This document shows positions 1 through 12,843 of a stretch of 64,000 nucleotides of DNA, one piece after another. Made by a program: the position numbers and the translations under genes. The notes beneath the pieces are model-generated. The model had not been told where the DNA came from and did no database searches. It saw only the letters and a list, made by a program, of their open reading frames with translations. Source of the DNA: Octopus sinensis (Eukaryota); NCBI RefSeq assembly GCF_006345805.1, contig NC_043000.1, positions 124,124,001-124,188,000 on the forward strand. Reading direction: 5' to 3'. Every line of letters begins with the position of its first letter. The stretch's first letter is position 1.

Positions 1-282
1 CACACATATATATATTATATATACGACAGGCTTCTTTCAGTTTCCGTCTACCAAATCCACTCACAAGGCTTTGGTTGGCCTGAGGCTATAGTATAAGACA
101 CTTGCCCAAGGTGTCACATAGTGGGACTGAACCTAGAGCCATGCGGTTGGGAAGCTAGCTTCTTATCGTGTGACCATGCCTAACTAATATTGAGAATGTT
201 ATGGATACGGCAAAATTTGTGAAAATTAACATTTCAGAATTGAAATTTTTATACTTTTCAAATATTAATATGACAATTGGAT

Positions 283-725
283 TCTCCAGGCCTACTTTCT
301 TCATCACATGACCAAGACGTCTCAGTTACCTGGCCCTTGTCTCATGAAGCGGTTTCCTATTTACTGCAGCTTGGGTCATTACTTCATTTGATATTTTGTC
401 TGTCTAATGAAGAACTGATGACCTGAACTGCAGAAAACAGGAAACTGCTTTGTGAGATAAAAAAGGTCAAGCAACTGACATTTCTTGGTCATGTGATAAA
501 GAAAGTGGGCCTAGAGATATTTAACAATGACTGAAAAGATTGAAGGGAAAAGAAGCAGAGGAAGGATGATATGGATATCAAGCTTGATGAAATGGTGAGA
601 AAAAAGAGGCATTAAACATCAGGAAGGGGAACTGTTACAGAAAACAAAGAACAGAGAATTGTGGCAGGACATGATTTCCTATGTCCTCTGTTAAATGGAC
701 ATGGCACCCAAAAGAAGGAGAAGGA
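283..725 (+). mobile_element. RTE-like LINE 3' fragment with an inverted 5' copy (hairpin ~283-515)
   Basis: Degenerate QLTFLGHVIKKVGLE...KIEGKRSRGR. 283-405 is a diverged reverse complement of ~407-515. Confidence 0.6.
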
Positions 726-1344
726 CAATCAGAAATACTTATTGATTGCTTCCATTAAAATGGTTATTGACAACATGCATACATTAAAGATTAAATTCAA
801 TTACAATTCCTCATTGTTAACAGTTTAAAACGAAGGTATTGAAAAAAAAAAAACCGTCAAGCCAACGAATACAAGTTTGAGTTATTTGCCCTTCCTACTT
901 TTAGAATTGTTTTGCTCAAATATAGCAGCAATTTCAAACTAATCATAAATCTAACCTGAATTTGTTTGTTAATATAATTTCAAACATTACTTTATTTTAA
1001 ATTATTTTAATATACTAAATGAAATTAAATTTCGTATTCGTGCACTCATATGTAATCTAAATAGTAATTAAAAAAAATTAGTTCCTTTCCTTTCAGGCCT
1101 TGTCAATCCACTGCCAGCTAATCTATGCTGGTTGTAGACTTATCTGTTCAAGATCACCAATTACAGATGGCCAAGATTAATCACTTAAATATAGATAGCT
1201 CTATATTTGGGTGATTAACCTTGACCACTGGTACCACAAAAAATTAGTATTAGTAAATCGTCCTTTCACATACTAAGAGAATCTTTTTTTTTAGTAGTTT
1301 TATTAAAAAAAATATATTTGATTTTTTTTTTATTATTTTACAAT

Positions 1345-1716
1345 TCACTTTACAGATCCAGAACCATATCGCAATTCTTTTTCAAATTGTTCTGCAGTAA
1401 ATGTTCCATCTAAACGTTCACAGTCAGGATTGAACACTGAGTATGCACTGGGACCAGTTTTCTTTTTGGAACCAGTATTAGTATTTTTGCAAATAAAAAT
1501 AAAAGCTGATGCAATAAAATAAACAGCTCCAAATCCTATTTCAACAAAGAATCCCCATAAAATTAGCCACAGAATTATTTTGAGAATAAACAAAGCCCTT
1601 GAGAGGGTTACATTCGTGGGGGGTTCAGCTTTCAGTTCAGACACAACATTTTCTTCGTCATCTTCCAGGGGGATTGTAGACATGCTATTTTCATCAAGTG
1701 GTTTAGGAGGAAGGAT
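1345..1716 (-). CDS. SAYSD1: SAYSvFN-motif domain protein 1, coding exon 2 of 2
   Basis: The ORF contains a hydrophobic hairpin followed by GPSAYSVFNPDCERLDGTFTAEQFEKELR, the SAYSvFN signature. Acceptor ttttgatttcag|ATC at 1716 is in frame (phase 0) with the tracked ORF. Stop at 1345-1347. Confidence 0.93.
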   Translation of the reverse strand: MLPPKPLDENSMSTIPLEDDEENVVSELKAEPPTNVTLSRALFILKIILWLILWGFFVEIGFGAVYFIASAFIFICKNTNTGSKKKTGPSAYSVFNPDCERLDGTFTAEQFEKELRYGSGSVK

Positions 1717-2490
1717 CTGAAATCAAAATAAGTATTTAATTTTTAATTTAGATTTCTGTCTTTTCACCTCAAAGGCAACTGAGGATCAAAAACATGGAAC
1801 AATGCTTGCAGAACAATGGAATAAAAAGCACTAGGAATAATAGTATAGTAGTATTGCTTGACACAGCAAATAAATGTAAAATAATAGACATTAACCTAAA
1901 GGGGTTAGAATTTACTAAGAAATAAAAATAGCCAAATTTGGTGAATCTATATCATGGACAAATAGCTATTACAGTATATGTAATTTTAATAATTCCCCAA
2001 ATGTGGTACATCTTCTATTGAATAAGGAATTTGGATACTAAATTATCTGTCTCTACTGATTTAAAGTAAATAGATCTCTGTTGTGCTTGACAATGGGTAT
2101 TCAGTTGTTCAGTCAACTAATTTATATCTTTCAGATAATTCTCAAACAATAACAGCTCAAGACTGAACCTTTGATTTATAAGTATAATAGGCTTCAGCAC
2201 AGTTTCTGTCTGCTCAAGATATCTCATAGTACTCATGGTTATGATGCAAACTTCTTAATCAAATAAACATTCGATTGTATTCACTATTTAGTTGATGTTG
2301 TATGTGGGTCTTAACTAGCCAGTTAGTAGGAAGGTAGTCCCAAAGTAAGATTATCTACCCACTGCAGTTGTATGTCAGGGACTGTGAAGAGAATTCTGTT
2401 CTTTGTGGAAGACAGCTGAGACTTTGATTCTGATTGCACTGGGTCATACTACCACAAGTTGTCCATATGATAATCTGTAGTGTCAGATTA

Positions 2491-3039
2491 TGAGGGTGAG
2501 TTAAAAAGTAATGCCATTTTGTTTAGGACAGGTATAATTACCAACAGAGGAACATGTATCATACATCAAAATGAAGCTGGTCCTCTATGGATCACATCCC
2601 TACTTCTCAACATAGTCACCGTTTCTCTCAATAGCAATGTTCCACCTTCAAATGAGAGCATGTATCCCTGCCCCGAAAAATTCTGTTGACTGTTCTTTGA
2701 GCCACTTCTTCACTACAGTTTTCACCTCATCGTCACTGGAATAATGTTTGCCTCTCAAACCCTCTTTCATGGGGCTGAGGAGATGATAGTCCAGTGACGA
2801 GGAACTGAAAACTGTAGTGAAGAAGTGGCTCAAAGAACAGTCAAGAGAATTTTACGGGGCAGGGATACATGCTCTCATTTGAAGGTGAAACATTACTACT
2901 GAGAGAAATAGTGACTATGTTGAGAAGTAGGGATGTGATCCACAGAGGACCAGCTTCATTTTGATGTATGATACATGTTCTTGTGTTGGTAATTAAACTT
3001 GTCCTAAACAAAATGGCATTACTTTTTGACTCACCCTCG
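2491..3039. mobile_element. Mariner-derived foldback MITE (two inverted copies of the transposase 3' end)
   Basis: TA-flanked TIRs (Y)GAGGGTGAGT(T/C)AAAAAGTAATGCC, arms ~260 bp. The arm encodes DYHLLSPMKEGLRGKHYSSDDEVKTVVKKWLKEQSTEFF.AGIHALI, a mariner C-terminus. Shorter relatives at ~22432-22693 and its two duplicates. Confidence 0.85.
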
Positions 3040-5688
3040 TAGATTGGCTCATGCTTAACAACAGTACAGTTAAGTGCTGAAGAAGACAGATTAAGAATTA
3101 GAAATGTATTATGAAAGGAACAGCTTGGATAATGTGGGTGTGATTTGAAAATCAATCATTACCAGAAGGTAGGAATTTTACAAGATATTATATAAACAAT
3201 CATCAAGGTCATTTAACGTCTGTCTTCCATGTAGGCATGAGTTGGATAATTTTACAGGAGCTGGCAAGCCAGAGGACCGCACTAAGTTTTACTGTCTGTT
3301 TAGGCAGGTCTTCTAATGGCTGGATACCTTTCCTAATGCCATCCTCATCACAGAGTGGACTGGATGCTTTTTACGTGACACTAGCATCAGTGAGGTCTGC
3401 TTTGGTATGGTTTTCACAGCAGGATGCTACAGTTTCTATATGTGTGTGAATGGAGTGACTGAGATAGTGTAAGAGCCAGGAAGCTGACAATGTTACAAAA
3501 TGGACACAACCCATCGGAAGTGACACATAGGATAATGTAGTCTTAGATATGCTATCTGAATAAAGGGAAGGTCATGACTAGAATGGCTTATCATTGGTCT
3601 GACTGATCAGAGCTGACTTTGGGATAAACAATAATAGCCACATAGAATGTTTCTGATAAAGAGGAGGAGGTGGTGATGGTGGTGGTGATAGTAGTAGTAG
3701 TACATTCCTTTTTATTTTCTGTATAAAGTTCACAACAGTTATGTTTGTAGCTGCTGTAATATGTTTTAAATATCGTGTTACTGAGAGCTAATTAACTTGG
3801 TAAAAGTAAGTAAAATTGAACTATAATTAGAAAAAAGTAAAAAAAAAAAATAAAATTTGTCAATCAAAATAAATCAATCTGTAAAAAGAAAATCTCTAAA
3901 GTAACCCACTGAGAGATGCAGGGTCCACAACTTGCGCTAATTTCAAATGTTACAGGCATATATAACAAACAAATACAGTATTTTCTAGACAAAATTTTGT
4001 TGGTATGCAATAAAAACTGGAACTCAGTCAGGGCCATCTTTAAGTGTTCATATTTCAGTGCACCATTGTTGTATCAAAGAAGTACCTCACCACCACTTCA
4101 ATATTAAACCGTGTTCAATATTGGTTAGCTGTTGTTATAATTTGGCATATCTTTATCTTTTACTTGTTTCAGCCATTAGACTGCGGCCATGCTGGGGCAC
4201 TGCTTTGAAGAATTTTTAGTTGAATATATTGAGCCCAGTACTTATTTTTTAAAAATCTGGTACCTATTTTATCAGTCACTCTTTTTGGTGAACTGCTAAG
4301 TTTGTGATATAAAAACACCACCACAGGTTGTCAAGCAGTGGTGGGAGACAGACACACACACATCTCTCTCTCTCTCTGTATTATCATCATCATCATCATC
4401 GTTTAACGTCCGCTTTCCATGCTAGCATGAGTTGGACGAGTTGACTGAGGACTGGCGAACCAGATGACCGCACCAGGCTCCAGTCTTGATCTGGCAGTTT
4501 CTGTGGCTGGATGCCCTTCTTAACGCCAACCACTCCGATATATATATAATATATATATATATATACAATGGGCTTCTTGCAGTTTTAATTTATTAAATCT
4601 ACTCACAAAGTTTTGGTTGGCCTGAGGTTATAGTAGAACACAGTTGTCCAAAGTCCCACACATGGGACTGAACCCAGAGTCATGTTGTTGGGAAGCAAGT
4701 GTTTTACCACACAGCCACATCTTACTTTCATGGTTAGATGATAGAAATTGGGCAGTGGTTCAGTGTGATCTCCAGCCAGGATCCTCCCGCTGAGAAGGTG
4801 CTCTCTCCAGTCATCCCTCCAGGCTTCTTCAATCTTGATGTTTTCTTTTACTGATTTACAGAAAGGTTTTTCTTGATTTTTAATCTTGAGATGGTGGCCA
4901 GTGCATTAATTGTTTATTTTAAGATTGCGGTAATATTTGGATTCTAGATACAATGCAACCATTTTTAGGTGTTCTCTCGGCAGAGATGAGGTGGAGCAAT
5001 GACACTGATTTTGATAGCTAGGTCAAAGTGTGGATATAATCAATCATCATCATCATCGTTTAACGTCCGCTTTCCATGCTAGCATGGGTTGGATGATTTG
5101 ACTGAGGACTGGCGAACTAGATGGCTGCCAGTTTTATTTGTACAAGCACTACATGTTAGAGATGCTGTGGGTGGCAACTCAATATTTAGTGATATGAGGG
5201 TGTCGAGCTGGCAGAATCGTTAGCATGCCAGGTGAAATGCTTCACTGTATTTCGTCTGCTGTTATGTTCTGAGTTCAAATTCCACCGAGATCAACTTTGC
5301 CTTTCATCCTTTCAGAGTCAATTAAATAAGTATCAGTTACACACTGGAGTCAATGTAATCAACTTAATCCCTTTATCTGTCCTTGTTTGTTCCCTCTATG
5401 TTTAGCCCCCTGTGGGCAATAAAGAAATAAATATTTAGTGATGCTGTTGCCATAAGGTCAGTGCAGGTGTCATTAGCACAGTAGGAGATTCCTCCATTCT
5501 ATTTAACTTCCTAATCGGCAAACTTCTCTTTTCCAAAAAACTTTTAGTACTACTTTCTAGATATTCGAATACTAAGTACCACTCCAAGGCGCTTTGGATG
5601 TTTTTATGGATTGAGTAGTTTGTTATTGATCTGTATTTGCCGTGTTTGGTTTATTAGATGGTCGTTGAGTTAGAATAGTGGTCACTGA

Positions 5689-5848
5689 CAGGGCCGTTTA
5701 AGCAATATTACAGGCCATTAGGTAAATCAACGCACTGGACCCTGTAATATTTATTTACTGACAGCAAGCCACAGCAGAGAATCAGGCCCCTGAACTTACA
5801 AGGGCTCCGAGAAACAGCCAAGTATAACCACGCTTTAAGGTGGCACTG
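5689..5848. mobile_element. hAT-like MITE
   Basis: CAGGGCCGTTTAAG...TTTAAGGTGGCACTG with 8-bp TSD GTCACTGA/GTCACTGC. Confidence 0.65.
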
Positions 5849-6943
5849 GTCACTGCTTTTATAGTGTTCATTTTCAGGTATTGTTAGTCAAAAAAGGTTT
5901 GAAGGCGAAGGTAAAGAATATGTATACCCGGTGTTTAGGGTGACGTCGAAAACGGGTGGTGTGCGTATTCTTAATTTCTGCCGGTTTGAATATCTTGATT
6001 ATCTCTGCTCAATGTTATTGTCAATTCAATCACTTTGTTGGATTGGTAGACTATGCAGATGTCGTCTGTTGTGCTCAAATTTAAGGGGTTTTGCTTCAGA
6101 AATATCACTGCCCAGGATCATCATGTTGTTGTGTGATGTTCCTCAGTGACTACAAAAGGCGAAGTCATGTTGAACCGGTAGAAAAGAGGAGAAAACGAAG
6201 AGGGATTCAAATCTGGAGTCCCAGCGAAGACATGTCCTACTCCTGAATTCATATCGTCAAAGAACCACGAGTCAACGAAGAAGCGTCTATGCGGTTCCTC
6301 GACTTGCTAGGAATAGCAGTCTATCTCAAAACTCAATACATTGTGTTAGCAATGTAAAGGCACGTTGGATAATGCAGTCCAAGATAAATTAAATAAGATG
6401 ATTACGGCTGGAATACCTTTGAACATCGTTCAGTGAGCAGGATTGACTAAGAACACCAGCCATAGAAGTGGAGCTTCAGTTTTGTTGACAAAGCAAAACG
6501 GGAAGAAAAAATGCACTATAACACACATACACAAAAATCACTTCCAATTTACTAAACACAAAAAAAGAAGGGCCAGAAATTAAGGTTAAATACATTTTAG
6601 CGACTTGAAATTTTGGGTATCACCTTTCATGTCTTTATTAATTTTTTTTTTTTTCACAATCGCAACTTCAGCAGGTTTTCGAATATTGAAAAAGGAGTAT
6701 ATTTGGTTTTGTATGGTAGAAAAGGAGTGATGCAAAAACCGTTTATGTTATTACGGGAAGAAAAACAAAAAAGGATAAAACGTGATAAAAATAATATGTA
6801 CTTTAACCGAAAAAAAATCATTTTACATAAATATTTTTTAATTTAAAACATCTCTTCCTTCTTCAACAAAACACAAGATGCTTATAATTAAAATAAAAGC
6901 CAGAAATCTTTACTAAATGATTTCTATTTTGTAAAATACTCAC

Positions 6944-7063
6944 TGTATTCCGAAATGCAACAAAACGTCTAGAGAGTGTGGTCGTACTGTCAAGAAGAGG
7001 ATTTGTTTTGGTTTTTTCCTTTCTGAACTTAGCCAACCGCTCTTCGATCGATACTTGTTCCAT
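6944..7063 (-). CDS. SAYSD1: SAYSD1 coding exon 1 (MEQVSIEERLAKFRKEK...FRNT, 40 aa)
   Basis: N-terminus resembles the SAYSD1 'E.RLA.FR' start. Consensus donor ACA|GTGAGT after exactly 120 nt gives a phase-0 join to exon 2, for a 163-aa product. Confidence 0.85.
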
Positions 7064-8436
7064 TTAAAGTTGTTGATGTCTGTCAGATAGTGATATTTCT
7101 ATGTTCAACTGCATAACCAAAGAATTTCGTTTACCTCAGCTAAATAATCCTCTTGGTGACTGGTTAAATGTGGAAAAAGAAAATTAAAAAAATATATAAA
7201 TCAGAACGAGATTTTCTACAGAAACGGTAACCTATATAAGTTGTTTAACATTCATTAAAGTTTCAACTCTTTCAGGCAATGACGTGTCTTAAAATAACTG
7301 AGGAAACCTGTGGTTGTTTGACCTACTAGAAATAGCAGCAAAATAATCGCTTAAATCACACCCTGCAGTAAAAAAAAAAAGGACAAGTTTGTCACAGTAG
7401 ATTTGGATACTAAAAAGACGGGATGACCAGGGCTTTAATCATGGGTGTTCATTCAATCAGAGTTAACCTGGAGTTAAACAATAACTTTATTTAATCAATA
7501 GAAACTCAATAATAAATTGTTATAGTATCGTATTGCTTATACTTCCTGTGGTTTCAATTTCTAGTGCTAAATAAAACTGACATACGCTACTAAATATAAA
7601 TGAAGGCAATTTAATTAAGGGTGTTTTACCACATAGCTTTTAAAGGTACACTGATCCATTAATGTGAGAGTTCTTGGTAAGGAGGCAGGGTAGATAACTC
7701 AGGTGTTGTTGTTTAGCCCTAGGTCAGCTCTTTCCAGGAGCCCTATAATCAAAGGTATTCAGCCGTACCAATCACAATGTCTTTTTTGTTTGTATATATA
7801 TATAATTAACCATTAGATTTTTCACTGTGATCGTTTATAGAAAGAAAAAAGACGATAGGGTATAATTTGAGGGTGCTATGACTGCTATTTCTAGCAGATC
7901 TGGTGATCACGTAGAGGCTGATGATACAGAGGGATAATTCAGTTTGTTTAGTTACGTCACCGTAGCGACTCACACTTTACCGATTCAAACATTTTAAGGC
8001 AAAACCGAACTTTTTTTGGTCGATACCAATTCTTTCCTATCTATTCATTTTAAAACATTGTCATAATGGAAAATGACACAGCGGAAGAATCAAAAGCTAT
8101 ACATGTTAAATAACAGTTTCACACAGGTCCTTTTGATCTCTGTTATTGTCAATTGTTGCTACTACTATCACCATGGAAGCTAACTTTTTCAAGTTATTCC
8201 TCGCTTCTGTATCGTAATGCAAACATTTGGCATCACCAACACAACTCTGCGAAACGGTATTTATCGTTTTCTGTTATCACAATTTATTGGAAATATCAGA
8301 TATAACAACTCCAATCTTTGAAAGCGTTAAATTTTATTTTATTTTACTCGTCTATTCTTGAAATGTTTTATTTATATTACAAGCTGTAGTCGGCTTTTTG
8401 TTTTTTTTTTTGCTTCTTATTTAATTGAATAATATC
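7064..8436. promoter_or_regulatory. Divergent SAYSD1/DNAJC27 intergenic region, probable bidirectional promoter and 5'UTRs
   Basis: The two start codons are 1373 bp apart on opposite strands. CpG is less depleted than in the flanks. CRE/ATF-like half sites TGACGT (~7280) and TTACGTCA (~7952). Transcription start sites cannot be seen. Confidence 0.5.
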
Positions 8437-9243
8437 ATGGAGAATACATCATATAATAAGCCTTCTAGGCTTCGGATTAAACTTATTACGATGGGAGAGA
8501 CAGAAGTTGGTAAAAGTTGCGTAGTAAAACGTTATTGTGAAAGAAGGTTCGTACATAAATATTTAACGACGATTGGAATTGATTATGGTGTGACTAAAGT
8601 GCAAATTAAAAATCGAGATGTTCGCTTGAATATATTTGATATGGCAGGGCATCCAATGTTTTATGAAGTCCGCAACGAATTTTATAGAGATGCTCAGGGA
8701 GCATTATTAGTGTTTGATTTGTCTAGAAGATGTACATTTGATTGCCTTGACCAATGGCTAATAGAAATGAAGAATGAAATGACCAATACGAAAGATGCGA
8801 ATAATATGGTTGTATGCGTATGTGGAAACAAAGTTGATAAAAGACGAGTTGTAAATGAATTAGAAGGACGTTTATGGGCCGACTCTCATGGCTTTCATTA
8901 TTTCGAGACTTCTGCACAAACCGGAGAAGGCATTGTTGAAATGTTCAATACCCTTTTAGGAGATATAGTTGCCACTATTGAAAATGGAGGTACTAAAATT
9001 CCTTTGGATACCCAATTGGGTTTCACAAAAGATCAAGTGGACTTGATACATCGTTTAAAGAATGCTAAATATGACCATGAACAACTCGGTGTGAATCCGA
9101 ATGCAGTAAAAGAAGACATCAACAAAGCTTATCGCCGATTAGCCGTACTTCTTCATCCCGATAAAAACATTGCCCCTGGTAGTGAAGAAGCCTTTAAAAT
9201 ACTGGTAGCTGCTCGTTCATCAATGTTAAAACGTTGTCTATAG
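8437..9243 (+). CDS. DNAJC27: DnaJ homolog subfamily C member 27 (RBJ; Rab-like GTPase + C-terminal J domain), single coding exon, 268 aa
   Basis: G1 GETEVGKS, G2 TIGIDY, G3 DMAGH, G4 NKVD, G5 ETSAQ, then a J domain with LLHPDKN. First ATG is at 8437 (the track starts at TTG 8425). AATAAA near 9346. Confidence 0.96.
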   Translation: MENTSYNKPSRLRIKLITMGETEVGKSCVVKRYCERRFVHKYLTTIGIDYGVTKVQIKNRDVRLNIFDMAGHPMFYEVRNEFYRDAQGALLVFDLSRRCTFDCLDQWLIEMKNEMTNTKDANNMVVCVCGNKVDKRRVVNELEGRLWADSHGFHYFETSAQTGEGIVEMFNTLLGDIVATIENGGTKIPLDTQLGFTKDQVDLIHRLKNAKYDHEQLGVNPNAVKEDINKAYRRLAVLLHPDKNIAPGSEEAFKILVAARSSMLKRCL

Positions 9244-11058
9244 AAATGGAATATTAGTAAGTTGGATGTGTTCTTCATTACCCCACCGTCTTCGAAATGT
9301 CAAAGATATACCAAATGTCAAACAACGTTTTCGTCGTCATAAATGAATAAAAATAATAATGTATTCTATAATTTATTCACAGTTTGTCCAAAACATCTAT
9401 ATTCTGTTGATCTGAAACCTTTGTAAACCGAAATGCTGCCTATTTATGCATGGTGCCTGATACTAACTTTTTAAATAATTTTTACATCAATATCTTGAGT
9501 GCGTGTGTTGTGAACGACGAGTTTAACGTAACCAACTGAAATTAACTTTTACTTTTTTTGCTGTTTCTTTTAGGTGGGAAACTTATGTCCATTAAATTAT
9601 TTCATAAGGTTGTTACCTTTTTTTAAAAATATCACAAACCTCCTTGAGAAAATGAATCCTGTTTCTTCTTCGGTCCTATTAAAACAACAACTTTTCACTT
9701 CTTTATGCCATAGCCATTAAAATGAAAGTGAATTAATCAAATTATTTGGAGATCAATATCCCTTCTACCCTAAATCTCATTCGATAAGTTATACCCATAA
9801 AAGTCAATTAAAGATAGTAATTACTTGAAAGCCCATTTAAGAACGAAACACCGAAATTCAGAAAACACAATTGGTACGTATAATTGTATATGTATTTGTA
9901 ATGAGCTGAATGCATCCTCTTGCATTCAGTGAGTCTTTAGGTATTGTAATTTTCAGGTATACACAAAGGTGCCCTATTGGCATCTACTTCATCTGCAATC
10001 CCCTCCACCAACACCACATAGCTCCATCACAGCCCATAACGCCACAACAGTTTTACTGCTAGTGATCCTTGAACATGTGAAAGACGAACTTAATACAAGT
10101 GCAAGTTCAACTGAAAATCGTGAAGCAAAAACTATGCGATCTTTTGTAAAACAACCAAAAATTGTGAAAAAAAAAAAATGGTGAGAGGGAGCAGAGAGGT
10201 ATTGTGTCCGAATATGGTTCTTATATGCCTGTCCCAAACATCTCTCACAGCTGACTTAACTATTTTTTATCATTGCAGGATAAAGTATCGATATTTTTCT
10301 GAAGGAACTGACCAAAGTATGACTTATGGTCGTCTCAAACTTACGGTTTAGAATTAGTAATCCAGCAAACAGAATATTTCTATTAAACCAAATATATTGT
10401 TTTAATTTAATGGTTATCATTCCAGGGTTATTTATTGGATGGAAGAAATACCGTTGAACATGTGTTATTTAATTCAATCCAGCTGGGGTCTTATTTTATC
10501 TTTTATCCTTCCAGGGTTGATAAAATAGTACTAGTAATGTTCTGGGATCACTTTTTGTTTTGCCATACCAATTCATTACAAATTTACACTCCTTGTGCAT
10601 CATCACTATCATCATGTCTACTTTTCCATACTTGCATGGGTCATGCGAAATACACTGAAGCAGATTTTCTATGGCCAGATGCCCGTCTTGTTACTAACCC
10701 TCACCTGTTTCCATTGATTATACTTACCTATTGTTTTTGCCAAAAATGAGGTTCCTGTTATTAGTTTCTCCAATCTTGTAGAATTTGCTTTCCATAATAT
10801 TTATATTCCAATAATGAAATTGTTTTACTTTATAAATTGTGTTCATAAATTGCTATAAATCCTTGAAACAGTAACTGATGACTTTTAGGAAGATTCACCT
10901 ATGTTAGTATTGGCTTAATGAAAAAGTTATCAATTTACGTGTGCATGTATTGCTTTTCAAGTTGTTTTGTTTTTTGTAACCAAAGTCTTCTTTTGAGTAT
11001 TTACTATTTCATTGCTCTATCTCGGATTGTACTTACAATCATTATGAAGACATCTCAA

Positions 11059-11456
11059 GGCAGCGAGCTGGCAGAATCATTAGCACATTGGGTGAAATGC
11101 TTAGCGGTATTTTGTCTGCCGTTACATTCTGAGTTCAAATTCCGCCGAGGTCGACTTTGCTTTTCATCCTTTCGGGGTTAATTAAATAAGTACCAGTTAC
11201 GCACTGGGGTCGATGTAATTGGCTTAATCCATGTGTCTGTTCTTGTTTGTCCCCTCTGTGTTTAGCCCCTTGTGGGTAGTAAAGAAATAGGTATTTCGTC
11301 TGCCGCTACATTCTGAATTCAAATTCCGCCAAGATCAACTTTGCCTTTCATCCTTTCAGGGTCGATAAATTAAGTACCAGTTACGTACTAGGGTCGATGT
11401 AATGACTATCCCCTTCCCACAAATTTCGGGCCTTGTGTCTGTAGTAGAAACGATTA
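11059..11456 (+). mobile_element. tRNA-derived SINE family C (central GCCTTTCATCCTTTCGGGGTCGATAAA.TAAGTACCAG domain), self-nested dimer
   Basis: Head GGCAGCGAGCTGGCAGAATC...GAGTTCAAATTCC. Copies at ~5198-5430(+, 13-bp TSD AATATTTAGTGAT), 18081-18310(+), 30300-30529(-), 36349-36925(-, trimer), 46879-47170(+), 62250-62465(+) and 62575-62796(-). Confidence 0.88.
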
Positions 11457-12234
11457 TGAAGACTTGTTATTAACTGGTAGGAGCACTAAACTCCTTTCCT
11501 ATACTGCTATTCTATGACATAAATAGGCATCAGGTGAAGAAACTGTGTGATTAAGACCATGTACTTCAAAGTTGGATCTTGTGTATTACCTTAAACCAGT
11601 GTCCTAGGGCGAGATCCACAGCTTCTGTAGCCAAGTGAATATATTGGGCTGTTAGATAAATTTGTTCTTTATTCTTATTTTTATTCTACTTGGCTCTTCA
11701 TTGTCGTATGTCTGAAAAGCAGTGAAATTTATTCAAATTTCAAAAATGGCAAATGAAAGTTGTAGAGGAAGAAAAGGGTTTCAAAAAAAAAACCCACAAA
11801 ACAAAATTTTTTTTCGTGTTAATTCGAATAACATTGAAAAAAAAGGGATTAAAATCAATGGAAAGAACAAGAACATTTATCTGACAATCCAATGTTTAGT
11901 GTTTCATGTCAGTTGTAAGACATTGACTTGAAGCACTAAGCTTTACATTCAGGAGGATATTTTATAGTTACACTTCCTAGACAAATCAGTCAGCTGCTTC
12001 ATTGGTCCTGCCAACTTTACCACAGTTATATGTAAATAATTAACAGATATTCATCAACACAGACCTTGATTATTCTTTGATATTAAATGGGCTTTTCCCC
12101 TGCAATTTTAAAAACCAGGTTATTCTAGAATGCATTGATTATGGAGGTACTTCCTAGATTTAAAAAGCATTTCATTCTTTAAAAGTAAAAGATAGAATAT
12201 TTTATATTGTGATAGCCATTTAAAAAGCTCATCA

Positions 12235-12690
12235 TGTACTTCAAAGTTTGATCTTGTTGTGTATCACCTCAAACCAGTGTCCTAGGGCGAGATCCACAGC
12301 TTCTGTGGCCGAGTGAAACAAAATCCTGAAATACCATGATCTCTTGGCCAACTACATTTTCCATTATGTGGTGTCCGGGATGTTTGGTCGGCTCGGACCA
12401 CTAACTGCGAGATTCCTGTCTTCACTGGCAAGTCACCTAGCAGAGGTAACTGGTGAGGCTTGTGAAGGCGCTTGGCTGTTCAAGTGCATCAGCCTCGCCA
12501 TCACCTGCGGCAACGCTGCAAGCATATTGCTATGCCTCAGTAGCCATTAGAGAGCTTTCCCAGCGGCCCCAACTTTTCAACCCAAGGTGGTGAATTGTTT
12601 TGTTTTTTTTAATTGTGTTCTCTGTTTTGTTCATTTTTCTAATTTAATTTTGTAAAACGCTAAACACTGTGAAGGCAATAAACTTTAGAT
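12235..12690 (+). mobile_element. CRE/R2-type (restriction-like endonuclease) non-LTR retrotransposon 3' fragment
   Basis: ASVAE*NKILKYHDL...GRLGP...FL..LA..L...TGE...WLFKCISLAITCGNAASIL resembles the RLE C-terminus (E..K..KY; QR.S.A.QRGNA). An ~80-nt piece is repeated at ~11559-11639. Confidence 0.6.
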
Positions 12691-12696
12691 ATGAAC

Positions 12697-12843
12697 CAGT
12701 AGTTCCCAACCTTTTCAGTGATTCCCAACCCTTTTATTTAAATGACTTTTCCTACAGCCCCTTTTTAATATGCTTATCCTTATGTATATATAGGTATATG
12801 AAATTTTGAATTTAGTTCAAGGACCCCAGGTTGGGAACCACTG
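12697..12843. mobile_element. hAT/Charlie-like MITE
   Basis: TIR CAGTAGTTCCCAACC...GGTTGGGAACCACTG. TSD not clear. Confidence 0.6.

Noticed and set aside
410-460. CTGATGA...GAAAC near 415-445
   Set aside because: No stem II or stem I complementarity. It lies in an RTE-like coding remnant.
4790-6150. Possible coding remnant on the minus strand within the SAYSD1 intron
   Set aside because: Only faint similarity to a LINE endonuclease region, fragmented by stops, SINEs and a MITE. Too degraded to call.
6863-6943. Extension of SAYSD1 exon 1 to the in-frame stop or to an alternative donor at 6914
   Set aside because: The consensus GTGAGT donor at 6943 is stronger. The weaker GTAAAG site would also be phase 0 but has no support without RNA data.
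9969-10237. Overlapping short ORFs downstream of DNAJC27
   Set aside because: No recognisable domain, and DNAJC27 is already complete with its stop and an AATAAA near 9346.
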